Numbered from the stretch's first letter, positions 25,699-34,352 are shown. The stretch: DNA of 56,858 nucleotides from a virus (IMGVR_UViG_3300049841_000045:1-56858), one strand, 5' to 3'. Numbers and translations are program-made. Notes: a model not told the origin generated them from the sequence alone.

Positions 25699-28649
25699 TT
25701 CCGGTATCTCCTTCCCCTATGCCCGTCCACGGCCACCGGAAGCCCGGCAGCCCACCTCGGCAATTCACACATCAATCGCCCCGCTTCCTCGAAGGACCCG
25801 AAGTCTTGCGAGACTTCCGTTATGACTTCATCATGTACACTTCCGACCACCGAATACCCACGTTCTTCCAACCTGTACATGCCGTGTACAAGTAGGTCGC
25901 GGGCGGTTGCCTGAACAGCATTTTCGCAGTTATGGACTAAAAAAATTTCGCCGGTTTCCCCGCGCACGGTAAAACGTTTTAAAGGCCCTGCGTTAATCAA
26001 GTCGTAGGTTCGAGCAACCTTCCCTCTGGCCACCGTCGTCGGATGCGCTCGTACAGCGTAGTTTTTTTGATTCCGAAAGTTTCCGCCGCCTGACTCACAA
26101 CCATAACCCCCTTCGGCGTGCGTATTGCCACATTCATTCGGGTATTGCGGCCTTGTTCTTTCCGCGTCGCCCATCGGCAATTCTGTTTGGAATACCCTTT
26201 CTCGTTGTTTATGCGATCGAGAGTCAATCCTAACTGGTATTCGGCTAGCATATCCTCTACAAAATTCTCGAAACGTAGCCAGCGATTGCAAACCCGTATC
26301 CCACGCCCCCCGTAATTGCGCCATGCCTTGTGCGACGGAAGTGTACAGCGAGCACGCATACTTCGCCAAACGTGAAAGATAGGGTGCCGGGACATCCCGT
26401 GAGTTATTAATTTTTCGCCTATCAATTTGCCAGTTTTGCATCCACAGGATTTCGGACTTGGCCCTCGTGCTCGAGTTAACCCCGCTCCCCCCAAGGTAAC
26501 CGTTTTTCCACATTGGCACCGCGCCCGCCAGTAAGTCTTTCCCTTTGCGCTGTGCGAATACCCCAAGATTGTTAGGTAAACGAATTTGCGCCCGGTTAAG
26601 TCCTTCGCTCTGTGCCACAACGGCTTCTTTCCATCCCTCATCGGTTAGTACCTCGTGGTCCGGGGTCATAAAAACGCCCGCATAGGATATCACATCCCTG
26701 ACGCCTTGATCAACTAACCCACCGCTGTACACCCAAGATTCTCCATCCCATACCGCGTCTTGCGTTGTGCACAGCTCGATCGCGCGCCACCCCGATAAAG
26801 TAAGAACCTCGGTACCCTCCGCTAAACACAATTTTCCCCCGTAGGTCTCAAGCTCCATCCACTGCCGGGTATAGGTGTCAATGCCCGAGTAACGTAGCCC
26901 CGCGTCCATCTCGGTCTCGACCCACTTCGGGTCGAAGTAGGCAATCCGGCGTCCCGAAGGCAGACGCATGTACAGCCACTTATCCACGACCTTGAACATG
27001 ATCTTCTTGTTCGGGATCACGTAGGTCTTGCCGGAGTATTTCACCGCCAGATCCGCCGCCTCCTTCAGATCCTTCCAGCCTTGTACGATCTTGGGGTGGA
27101 TCGCACGCCACATCCGTTTGAGTGAGTCACAGGCGATGAACTGATCATGCGGCAACCCGGCGCGGTACTGGGGCAGCGTCTGCCACATCCATTCGGCGGA
27201 CTCACGGATCTCCTCATCGATGAATGGTAAAACCGCGTCGGCCATCTCGGCGAGATCCACGCCGTGGTTCGCCGCCATGGTAACGAATGCGGAGGCCCCG
27301 CCCTCATACCCCATAGCGAGTTCCAGGACTTTTCCCACCGCCCGATCCTTTTTATTAACTCTCGCCGGGTTAACGTGGAACGCTCGGGCATACGCTAGCT
27401 TGTACAGGTCCGGGCCTTTGCCCTCATCGAACAGCCGGAACGCCTCCAGCTTCCACTTCTCGCCGAACAGCCAGGCATTCACCCGAGCCTCGATCCCTGC
27501 GTAGTCCGGGAAGATAAAGTCCTTCCCCTTGCCGGAAACCAGCACGGAGCGTACGCACGAAGAGGCTACCTTCATCGGGTCGACACCCGGATACAGATCG
27601 CGTATCCAGCTCAACGATCGAGCGCGGAACGCCTCCATAGCGCTCTCCGGGTCTTCGATCACGGGCCGGAAGAGATTCTGGAGTTGGACGATCTGCGAAG
27701 ACCACCGGCCTGTGCCAGCTCCATGGTACAGGAACATGCCACGAAGGCGTTCATCCTTGCACATCGCGGCAAGGATCGCATCGTACTTCGTCACGGCTTT
27801 CATGTTGTACGTGCTGTAGATTTTCAAAGCACGTTCAACAGGCTCGGGGGCTTCGCCCGCCGAGACGATCTCCTTCACCGTCTCGGCCTGCATATCTGTC
27901 AGTTCCGCGTAACCGTTCGTCCGCACCCACTCCGCGATCTTCTCGCGCTGCGTCGGATTGGCGCCCGTCAACTTCACGCATTCTTCGGCGAGATAGGCCT
28001 TGTACTCATCCACCACCGCCAGGATATTCTCGATCGACTCCAAGTCAACCTTGATGCCCCGGTCGTTGATACGCTGGTCTAGCTCATAAACGAGCTGTTC
28101 GGCGGGGGAGAGATCAGGTACGAGCCGATCGATGCTACGTTCCGACTCCACATCCTGTTTGTTGTAGTCGTACAGGATCTTGAACTTCTCCGGGGAGTTG
28201 GCGGGCGTGTATCGCCCCTCGGGGTGTTTCTTCCGGGGCTTAGAGAGCTGCAACATCGTGATGCGGCCTTCCCCTGACTTCTCGACAGCCCCGAGTGCCT
28301 TCGCCGCCCCGGCCAGATCACGCGGCAGGCCATGCGCCGCCATCTTTGCCGCGGTGCAGACGCACTGTTCGATCTTGATCGGTGGGAATCCTAACTTCCT
28401 ACCGGCGACGCCGTTCAATACGACTCGCTCAAACTGCGCGCTGTGGGCCCGCAGTTCCTTGCCTGCTGCGATATGCGCGATCACCTCGGTGGGCAATTCC
28501 CGCCCCGGCGTCCATAGCTCCACCGGCCCGTCATCGAACGCATAGGCGAAGCACAACAGTTCCGTGGACTCGTGTTCGGCGTAGCGATAGACGCCTGCAG
28601 CCTTGAGGTCTACCTCACTGTAGGTCTCGATATCGAGGTGAAGTCTCAA
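25695..28649 (-). CDS. polA: Family A DNA polymerase (phage type) containing an intein
   Basis: Exo I LDIETYS, TGRWSS, motif A DYAGIEAR, motif B RAVGKVLELAMGY, ENAVQATARD and motif C VHDE. Confidence 0.97.
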   Translation of the reverse strand: MRLHLDIETYSEVDLKAAGVYRYAEHESTELLCFAYAFDDGPVELWTPGRELPTEVIAHIAAGKELRAHSAQFERVVLNGVAGRKLGFPPIKIEQCVCTAAKMAAHGLPRDLAGAAKALGAVEKSGEGRITMLQLSKPRKKHPEGRYTPANSPEKFKILYDYNKQDVESERSIDRLVPDLSPAEQLVYELDQRINDRGIKVDLESIENILAVVDEYKAYLAEECVKLTGANPTQREKIAEWVRTNGYAELTDMQAETVKEIVSAGEAPEPVERALKIYSTYNMKAVTKYDAILAAMCKDERLRGMFLYHGAGTGRWSSQIVQLQNLFRPVIEDPESAMEAFRARSLSWIRDLYPGVDPMKVASSCVRSVLVSGKGKDFIFPDYAGIEARVNAWLFGEKWKLEAFRLFDEGKGPDLYKLAYARAFHVNPARVNKKDRAVGKVLELAMGYEGGASAFVTMAANHGVDLAEMADAVLPFIDEEIRESAEWMWQTLPQYRAGLPHDQFIACDSLKRMWRAIHPKIVQGWKDLKEAADLAVKYSGKTYVIPNKKIMFKVVDKWLYMRLPSGRRIAYFDPKWVETEMDAGLRYSGIDTYTRQWMELETYGGKLCLAEGTEVLTLSGWRAIELCTTQDAVWDGESWVYSGGLVDQGVRDVISYAGVFMTPDHEVLTDEGWKEAVVAQSEGLNRAQIRLPNNLGVFAQRKGKDLLAGAVPMWKNGYLGGSGVNSSTRAKSEILWMQNWQIDRRKINNSRDVPAPYLSRLAKYACSLYTSVAQGMAQLRGAWDTGLQSLATFREFCRGYASRIPVRIDSRSHKQRERVFQTELPMGDAERTRPQYPNECGNTHAEGGYGCESGGGNFRNQKNYAVRAHPTTVARGKVARTYDLINAGPLKRFTVRGETGEIFLVHNCENAVQATARDLLVHGMYRLEERGYSVVGSVHDEVITEVSQDFGSFEEAGRLMCELPRWAAGLPVAVDGHRGRRYRK
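25929..26828 (-). mobile_element. Intein (300 aa, polymerase residues 608-907)
   Basis: YGGKL|CLAEGTEVLT (block A), MTPDHEVLT (block B), TYDLINAG..RFTV (block F), LVHN|C (block G, +1 Cys). Removing it restores YGGKL-CENAVQATARD. Confidence 0.95.
25997..26641 (-). CDS. HNH-type homing endonuclease nested out of frame inside the intein
   Basis: DLTGRKF..LT, W..RCQCG, SCGC, HGMS, WRSMRARC, YGGRGIRVC.RW..FENF..DM, LDRINN.KGY...NCRWAT..EQ.RN, C-terminal HTH. GAGGT SD 8 nt upstream of ATG. Confidence 0.93.
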   Translation of the reverse strand: MRDGKKPLWHRAKDLTGRKFVYLTILGYSHSAKGKTYWRARCQCGKTVTLGGAGLTRARGPSPKSCGCKTGKLIGEKLITHGMSRHPIFHVWRSMRARCTLPSHKAWRNYGGRGIRVCNRWLRFENFVEDMLAEYQLGLTLDRINNEKGYSKQNCRWATRKEQGRNTRMNVAIRTPKGVMVVSQAAETFGIKKTTLYERIRRRWPEGRLLEPTT

Positions 28650-28840
28650 GGCGTTCCCTTACCCCCGCACAGCGGGCATTTTTCCCCGCCGCGGATACGC
28701 CCTACCCCGTTACATACCGGGCAAGCCCGAACCATCTTCACGTCGTCCGTGCCCCGCTCGAGCTGGTAGACCCGCAGAATATCCCGCCAGTCGAAGTCGC
28801 CTGCGCGTATCTTCTCCCGCAGCCGCTCTGCTTCAGTCAC
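28646..28840 (-). CDS. Small zinc-finger protein (CxxCxGxG repeats)
   Basis: CPVCNGVG...CPLCGGKG; coupled to neighbouring genes. Confidence 0.65.
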   Translation of the reverse strand: MTEAERLREKIRAGDFDWRDILRVYQLERGTDDVKMVRACPVCNGVGRIRGGEKCPLCGGKGTP

Positions 28841-29004
28841 GTCTTTTCTTCCTTCTTCTCAACGATTGGATCGATCCGCAGCATGACGATCTGGTTTTCC
28901 TGGTACATCTTCTTGAACCGATCCATGCGCGCAGCCATCTCCTCAAGGGAGTGCGCCTCGAGTTCGTAGGTATAGCGGCGCAGATAGGATACCTGGAACT
29001 TCAT
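28837..29004 (-). CDS. Hypothetical protein
   Basis: MKFQVSYLRRYTYELEA...; likely start at 29004, just after the terminator. Confidence 0.5.
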   Translation of the reverse strand: MKFQVSYLRRYTYELEAHSLEEMAARMDRFKKMYQENQIVMLRIDPIVEKKEEKT

Positions 29005-29006
29005 GC

Positions 29007-29033
29007 AAAAAAGCCCCGGCTCACAACCGGGGC
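29007..29033 (-). terminator. Rho-independent terminator after the SSB gene
   Basis: Minus strand GCCCCGG-TTGTGAG-CCGGGGC-TTTTTT. Confidence 0.85.
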
Positions 29034-29043
29034 AACCACACAC

Positions 29044-29631
29044 TCACTCATCAAACGGATCGGGCCCGGTATCCTCGAGCGCCTCGAACTCCTCCTCCGG
29101 CACGGCCTGGCGTCCAGCCCCAAACGCATCCCCGTCCTTGACGAACTGAATCGCGATCAGATTGCCGTTGATCGCCTTGCGGCCGTGGCTGTTCTGCGCC
29201 CACACCGTAATCGATGCGTTCACATAGCACCCGGCGTAGGGCCATTTGTCGTCCCCCGGCACGAGCTGGGTGAACTTCCCTTCTGCGTTCTTGGTCCGGC
29301 CGACGACGGGCACGCGGGTCGCGCTCTTCGCCTTGACCCAGAACATGCCCTCGTAGCCGTCATAGACCTTGTCCAAATCATCGCCCAGGCCCCAGCACTT
29401 CTCCATGCTCTTGGGGATCTCCCCGTCGAACTGGATCTTGGCCACCCGCGCGGACTCGCTCTTGATCTTAGCGATCGTGGCGGCGTGCGTCTTGTCGCTC
29501 GGGTCCAGCAGGAACGAAGCCTCGAACTTCGGTTCGACCCCTTCCTTGAACGACCGCGGCTTGTCGAGCGCCGGGAAACTCAGCCGCACGTTCGTCAACT
29601 GGATCTTCTCACTCGTTACGTTCTTCGCCAT
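29044..29631 (-). CDS. DUF2815 ssDNA-binding protein
   Basis: NVRLSFPAL, YAGCYVNASI, AIQFVKDGDAFG and acidic tail. Confidence 0.9.
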   Translation of the reverse strand: MAKNVTSEKIQLTNVRLSFPALDKPRSFKEGVEPKFEASFLLDPSDKTHAATIAKIKSESARVAKIQFDGEIPKSMEKCWGLGDDLDKVYDGYEGMFWVKAKSATRVPVVGRTKNAEGKFTQLVPGDDKWPYAGCYVNASITVWAQNSHGRKAINGNLIAIQFVKDGDAFGAGRQAVPEEEFEALEDTGPDPFDE

Positions 29632-29643
29632 TCATCTTCTCCT

Positions 29644-29811
29644 TCAGAGCGAGACGCTCTTCCACGCCTTGCCCGTTTTGATGTGACTGATCATCACCTG
29701 GGACACGTTGCAAGTGTTCGCGATCTTCGCCTGCGGTTTACCTTCCGCCAGCAACTGCTTGATGCGCCTTACACGTGCAACATTCAACTTACCCTTTTTA
29801 CTACTCGCCAT
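29644..29811 (-). CDS. Small HTH DNA-binding protein (55 aa; not in the ORF track)
   Basis: AGAGGAG SD; MASSKKGKLNVARVRRIKQLLAEGKPQAKIANTCNVSQVMISHIKTGKAWKSVSL. Confidence 0.8.
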   Translation of the reverse strand: MASSKKGKLNVARVRRIKQLLAEGKPQAKIANTCNVSQVMISHIKTGKAWKSVSL

Positions 29812-29814
29812 GAT

Positions 29815-31023
29815 TTACTCCTCTGTTAGTTCCTCGAATCCATCTAATGCATCCGCTCCTATTGCTGGCCGGGGGTCATCCCCCGAAACGAGCGCGGGCT
29901 TACCCTTGGGCTTCTTCACCAGTGCAGTCAGTTCCGCGAACGCTTTCTTGCCGATCAGCTTCTCCGCCTTGCTTGGCGTTACCAACTCGGGCTTGGTGAA
30001 GATGCTCTCACGGTTAGCCCCGGCGTGCAATAAGGCTTCCTCTACTTCCCGCTCGGGAGCGCCCCACGCACGATTACTGCGCCCTTCTACAAGTTTGAAG
30101 TCCCCGACGGTTCGCCCTTCGAGAACCTCGCGCATTGCGTAGTCCTTCAGCGCCGCACCCCACTTCTCGATCCACGGCCAAGCGTGCAGTGCCTTGGCGA
30201 TTTCCTCGTTCGTCATCAACGGAACCGTGATCGACACTGCCTCGGCGCTGGCCGCAACCGTATCCAGATCATGGAAGTCGCCCAAGACCTCATCGAACAC
30301 GGCCTTGGCTCGTGTTTTGCAAGTTGCCTTGATCTTACAGAACTGACACCACTCCCCGGTCTTGAACGGTGCGCCGGGGGTTAATGCTAACAGCGCCGCG
30401 GGGGCCGCGATATCCTCAGCCCACTTATGAAGCGTCTCGCTCGAGACTTCCCATTCATCGTAGTGATCCAAGCGAGGCTGGGCGATAGCAAGGACGAACC
30501 TAGGGATCTCGTACAGCCACCAGTAATCCTGCAATACGCCGAGGGCGTATAGCATGAGCTGGGGGTTGTCCTTGGCGTACTTCTTGACGCCTTGACCATG
30601 CTTGAAGTCCGTGATCCACCCGACCTCGTCGGTGAGATGCCCACTGTCCAACGTACCGAAGCCGCCTTGGACGTATCGCTCGTACCGGACCCGAGTCTCA
30701 ACGAGTTCCACGCCAGGGTGCTCGGCGACGCGATCGCAGAACTCTTGCACGGAGTCCGCCATCTCCTCGTCCACCTTCACATCCCAGTGATCCTCGCCAC
30801 GGGTCACGCGTATCGTAGTGTCGATAAAGAAGTGCGCCGGAATGCCCTTCACGCGTATCCATTCGGAGAGTGTATGGGCGGCCGTCCCCTCGAGCGCATA
30901 CCTGGACGGCACGTCCGGCAATCCCTCGGTCGCCAGTACGGAACCCGGACAGTTGATCCAACGCTCGGCCGATGACGGGCCGAGGATGGAGTGCGCGCCT
31001 TCGGGGACCTCGATAATGCTCAT
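29815..31023 (-). CDS. DUF2800 Cas4-like PD-(D/E)xK exonuclease
   Basis: HSILGPSSAERWINCPGS, EGTAAH, FGTLD, TDFKHG.G, NPQLMLYALG, WCQFC....C. Confidence 0.92.
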   Translation of the reverse strand: MSIIEVPEGAHSILGPSSAERWINCPGSVLATEGLPDVPSRYALEGTAAHTLSEWIRVKGIPAHFFIDTTIRVTRGEDHWDVKVDEEMADSVQEFCDRVAEHPGVELVETRVRYERYVQGGFGTLDSGHLTDEVGWITDFKHGQGVKKYAKDNPQLMLYALGVLQDYWWLYEIPRFVLAIAQPRLDHYDEWEVSSETLHKWAEDIAAPAALLALTPGAPFKTGEWCQFCKIKATCKTRAKAVFDEVLGDFHDLDTVAASAEAVSITVPLMTNEEIAKALHAWPWIEKWGAALKDYAMREVLEGRTVGDFKLVEGRSNRAWGAPEREVEEALLHAGANRESIFTKPELVTPSKAEKLIGKKAFAELTALVKKPKGKPALVSGDDPRPAIGADALDGFEELTEE

Positions 31024-31400
31024 TTGGAAGTCTTCGACGCCTCGATTACCGCTGCGAACTTCTCCTCCTTGAGCGCGCCCAGAGTGTCCGCACCGCCGAC
31101 TTGCTTGAGTAAGGCTCGCGCCTTCTCCTGACTCGCCCGCCCCTGATACGCCACCAGCGCCGCGCGTACATCTTCCTTGGTGTACGCCTCGGACTTCTCC
31201 TCTTCCTCGAGGAACCCGTCATCCGGCTCTGCCGTAGTCTCGGGCTGCGGCGGCGCTTCAACCTTTGGCGGCCGCCCGGGGCCGCGCTTCACAGGCTCCG
31301 GCGCGGGCAGCGTAGCTGCAACCGTCGCATCAACCATTGCCCCGGCGGCGATACGCTCCAGCGCCGTAGCGATCCGGGCCAGTTCTGATTCCACAGTCAT
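31020..31400 (-). CDS. Conserved replication-module hypothetical protein
   Basis: ELARIATALERIA, Pro/Glu linker, YTKEDVRAAL...KARALL...GA..L..L; typical upstream of DUF2800. Confidence 0.75.
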   Translation of the reverse strand: MTVESELARIATALERIAAGAMVDATVAATLPAPEPVKRGPGRPPKVEAPPQPETTAEPDDGFLEEEEKSEAYTKEDVRAALVAYQGRASQEKARALLKQVGGADTLGALKEEKFAAVIEASKTSK

Positions 31401-31747
31401 CACTTTTCTCCTTCGGTAGAAAGTCGTTCCAACCACAATTCGGCGTAGTGCTTGATCTTCTCGACATCCAGCACTGCGCCAGCCTTACCGCCCTTTCGGC
31501 CCGCGCGCGTCGCATACTTCACGATGTTCCCCGCGAACCAGTTCAGATTGTTAGCCCAGATATACTCGTTGGGCTGGATCCTCATGTCCTTGTAGTGATC
31601 ACCGCCCACCTGGCGATCAGAGGCTTTAGCCGGCGTCCCTAAAAACTGGGGAGGGACGTACGGATGTGCCGTAACAGGTTCGGGTTTAAGACAACGGCAC
31701 TTGTCAAGCGGTAGCACGCATGCTCCACAGTAGCCATAGGTAGTCAC
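31400..31747 (-). CDS. DUF3310 protein
   Basis: QVGGDHYK...IQP.EYI..NNL....GNIVKY..R...KGG.....D..KI.HY. Confidence 0.9.
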   Translation of the reverse strand: MTTYGYCGACVLPLDKCRCLKPEPVTAHPYVPPQFLGTPAKASDRQVGGDHYKDMRIQPNEYIWANNLNWFAGNIVKYATRAGRKGGKAGAVLDVEKIKHYAELWLERLSTEGEK

Positions 31748-32010
31748 TGTTTGGTCTCCGTATTTCCAACGTGTAACATCTTAATCTCCGGCATCTTCTC
31801 CCCCGGTTCGAGATCATTCATCATGGTGTTGATCGCCCCGGCGAGACACTCGGCCATGTACTCCTCGCTCATGATGCCCGTCAGGCGCATGACGCGGAAC
31901 AGGTGCGCGACCTGCGCCAGCATCACCCCGGCGAGCAATCGCGAGTCATAGGACTGGGTGAGTAAGCGCATGTGCGACACGATCTCATCGACTTGCGGGG
32001 ATTCGCTCAT
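31744..32010 (-). CDS. Hypothetical protein
   Basis: Coupled ORF (ATGA overlaps at both ends) with GGAGG SD. Confidence 0.6.
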   Translation of the reverse strand: MSESPQVDEIVSHMRLLTQSYDSRLLAGVMLAQVAHLFRVMRLTGIMSEEYMAECLAGAINTMMNDLEPGEKMPEIKMLHVGNTETKQ

Positions 32011-33587
32011 AGCCTCCACTCCCCGTCAATGATGTTGATGATCGTCCGTTTACCGTTCGAGTACAGTAATACGTGCGAGTTGAGCCATGAGCTGGGACCG
32101 CGGTTGTACTCGAGCCGAAGGTGGGTAGAGGTTCCCGCCTGGTAGCATCCCTCCTCGATGCAGGGGGAATGGCTGTGCCCGATGACGCTTCGCACGCCAA
32201 TCCGGCGCAGATTCCTCGCCGAACCCCGCGAGCCGTTCGGCCCCAAGTCCCCGTGCATTCCCAGTTCCACGCCTGCAAGTGTGAACGATTCGTCACGCTC
32301 CAAGAACTGTATGCCCGCATCGAAAGCACTCGAGAACCGCTTACGTCCCCAGTACACCAGAGGCGAGGGGTAGCTGGTCCCTTCATCCCCGAACTGCGTG
32401 CCGCGGACCATGGCCAGCGCAGTCTCCAAGTAGAACTCCGCGTTCACCGGATCGCGCTTCCAGTCCTCATTAATGATCCAGCGACTCATGAAGTCATCGT
32501 GATTCGAGGGCACGACGACTGAGTGTATGTAGTCTGGCGTGCGCGCTTCGATGAAGTCTAGCGCCCGCTTGATTTCCGCCCGGGCATCGGTTCGGTCATT
32601 CTTATGCTTAGCGATTGCGGTAAAGGGATTGCCGCGGTGATGGGGGTTGACGCTGTAGCTGTCGAGTACGTCATGCCATATAAGGTGGGTGGGTGGTAGC
32701 AGATCGACCAGTCCCCCTTCCCCGAATGTTGCACTGACCACTGCAGGATCGATGAAGTCGACATGCGTGTCTCCCATGATTAACGCTTCCGGTCGCACTG
32801 CGGGGCCGCTGCCGTTCTCCCCGTAGCGGAAATCCAGATCGATGAACTCCCCTGAACTCTCGGCATTGATCTGCCGCAGATGGAATATCTTCCCGCGCAC
32901 CTCGACAACTGCAGCGCCCAGCGTGTGGTGGAACTCGCCCAGCTTCCCGGCCCGGCTGTCCGTATAGTTCGGAACCGTAACCGCGCCGGTAGTCGTCAGG
33001 ATCTTCGGGAACCGGCTCTGCGGCGTGGCCACGGTCTTTAGCGCGAGTTTCGTATGCGCCAGAATGCTTGACTCCCCGTGCGTCAACGCCTCATACCCAG
33101 TCAGAGGGTTCACCGCAGTGGGCTGGGTCTTCACATCCCCCAGCACCACGAGATTCTTGTTCAACCGCTTGCGCTCGTTGCACAGGTACGGAGTCAGCGC
33201 GTCATCCCATACTTCCTCGTTCGCCTGGCTTGCCGTCCAACGCGACGTGGGGTTCTTGTAGCGCAACGGGACGGCAATCAACTCCGCGTTACGGGAATTG
33301 CAATACGTCTCGAGCGCCTTCAAAAACCCCTTGTGCACGGGCGTTGCGTTCTGCGCAGCGGTGACGACGAACACGTTGGCCTTGCCCAATGCCCGCTTGA
33401 AGACCGGAATCTTACCGCGTCTTACTGTCGTGCCATCCTGCTTGCGCTCCGAGCCATTCGGCTCTGTCGTGGAATAGCAGATACGCCGGTCTCCTCCCCC
33501 GGAGCGGCATTGCCAGCGCTGCGCACCCCCCGGCGTACGGCCACCTTTGTGCATCTGGCTACCACAGCGCGGGCAGGTTAGATTCAC
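32007..33587 (-). CDS. T5 A1-like protein (metallophosphoesterase fold) with N-terminal zinc ribbon
   Basis: FVVTAAQNAT.VH, PTAVNPLTG, TTGAVT..NY...AG....FHH..GA..VEV, GDTH, HD, SNHD, MHGD.GPNGSRG, GHSH; N-terminal CPRCG...WQC. Confidence 0.75.
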   Translation of the reverse strand: MNLTCPRCGSQMHKGGRTPGGAQRWQCRSGGGDRRICYSTTEPNGSERKQDGTTVRRGKIPVFKRALGKANVFVVTAAQNATPVHKGFLKALETYCNSRNAELIAVPLRYKNPTSRWTASQANEEVWDDALTPYLCNERKRLNKNLVVLGDVKTQPTAVNPLTGYEALTHGESSILAHTKLALKTVATPQSRFPKILTTTGAVTVPNYTDSRAGKLGEFHHTLGAAVVEVRGKIFHLRQINAESSGEFIDLDFRYGENGSGPAVRPEALIMGDTHVDFIDPAVVSATFGEGGLVDLLPPTHLIWHDVLDSYSVNPHHRGNPFTAIAKHKNDRTDARAEIKRALDFIEARTPDYIHSVVVPSNHDDFMSRWIINEDWKRDPVNAEFYLETALAMVRGTQFGDEGTSYPSPLVYWGRKRFSSAFDAGIQFLERDESFTLAGVELGMHGDLGPNGSRGSARNLRRIGVRSVIGHSHSPCIEEGCYQAGTSTHLRLEYNRGPSSWLNSHVLLYSNGKRTIINIIDGEWRL

Positions 33588-34012
33588 TTCTTTGCTGCCT
33601 TCTTTTTACTCACTGGCTTCGTATTTTTGCGCACCGGCTTCACGACGCGCTTCTTGACGAAGGCGCGGATAAAGTCAGCGGCCTGCTTGGCCGTGTTCGC
33701 CTTCCCGCATTCCTCCCAGCCGAACAGGGACAGATGCTCGTATTCATCCAGCGAGAACTCGTGCCGGGCTGAAGCCGCCGGGTCGAAAAATCCTTCCAAC
33801 ACCGGCCAACCGTTGTCCTGCCCGAACCAGCGATCTTCCTGGTCAGGGTTCAATACCCAATGCCCCAACGCAGACGCCGGAGAACCGTCATCGTTCTGGT
33901 ATATCCTTCGATCATACCCCGCCGTGCCCGCGGCCAGATGATCCGCATCGGCCCGCTCGAGAATCTTGGCGAGCTGCAATAGCCGTCGGTTACCCTGTGC
34001 GATCGTCGTCAT
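33584..34012 (-). CDS. Hypothetical protein
   Basis: Strong AAGGAGG SD before ATG 34012; Lys-rich tail. Confidence 0.7.
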   Translation of the reverse strand: MTTIAQGNRRLLQLAKILERADADHLAAGTAGYDRRIYQNDDGSPASALGHWVLNPDQEDRWFGQDNGWPVLEGFFDPAASARHEFSLDEYEHLSLFGWEECGKANTAKQAADFIRAFVKKRVVKPVRKNTKPVSKKKAAKK

Positions 34013-34035
34013 GGTTTCCTCCTTATTCCTTTTAG

Positions 34036-34064
34036 ACCGTAGCACATTATAAAAAGGATTGCAA
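34036..34064 (-). promoter_or_regulatory. Putative sigma70 promoter for the middle operon
   Basis: Minus strand TTGCAA-17 nt-TACGGT with extended TG, in a short intergenic gap before a strong SD. Confidence 0.5.
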
Positions 34065-34352
34065 CTACCATCCCAGCCGCTTTCCGGGTACCCACCGATA
34101 GCCGTTCCCGTCGTGAATTCTCCACACCTTGCGCCGCATCGCCGCAGAGCGCAGGCATTCATCCCACCAGACGATAAGTTGGATCTTCTCGGGCCTCAGC
34201 CCGTCACACCGCCGCCACGCGATCTCGAGCGCCTCGCTCAATAGGTATTCCCGATCGCGTGCCACCAGTCGAGTAACGTAGTGCCCCGCCCACTCGCACA
34301 GCCGGGCCGCGTGCGTCACCATCATCTCTTCGAAGGCCTCACGCTCCGTCAT
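34065..34352 (-). CDS. Small protein resembling sigma-factor region 2 only
   Basis: AFEEMMVTHAARLCEWA....RDREYLLSEALEIAWRR.D...WW...LRS follows the ECF sigma2 pattern; ATGA-coupled to the primase gene. Confidence 0.5.
   Translation of the reverse strand: MTEREAFEEMMVTHAARLCEWAGHYVTRLVARDREYLLSEALEIAWRRCDGLRPEKIQLIVWWDECLRSAAMRRKVWRIHDGNGYRWVPGKRLGW

Noticed and set aside
25929-26828. Group I intron as the explanation for the polymerase insertion
   Set aside because: The insertion is an exact in-frame 900 nt with complete intein blocks and leaves no non-coding room for a ribozyme core.
28951-29829. 292-aa plus-strand ORF
   Set aside because: Antisense to the SSB and HTH genes, which have clear motifs and SDs.
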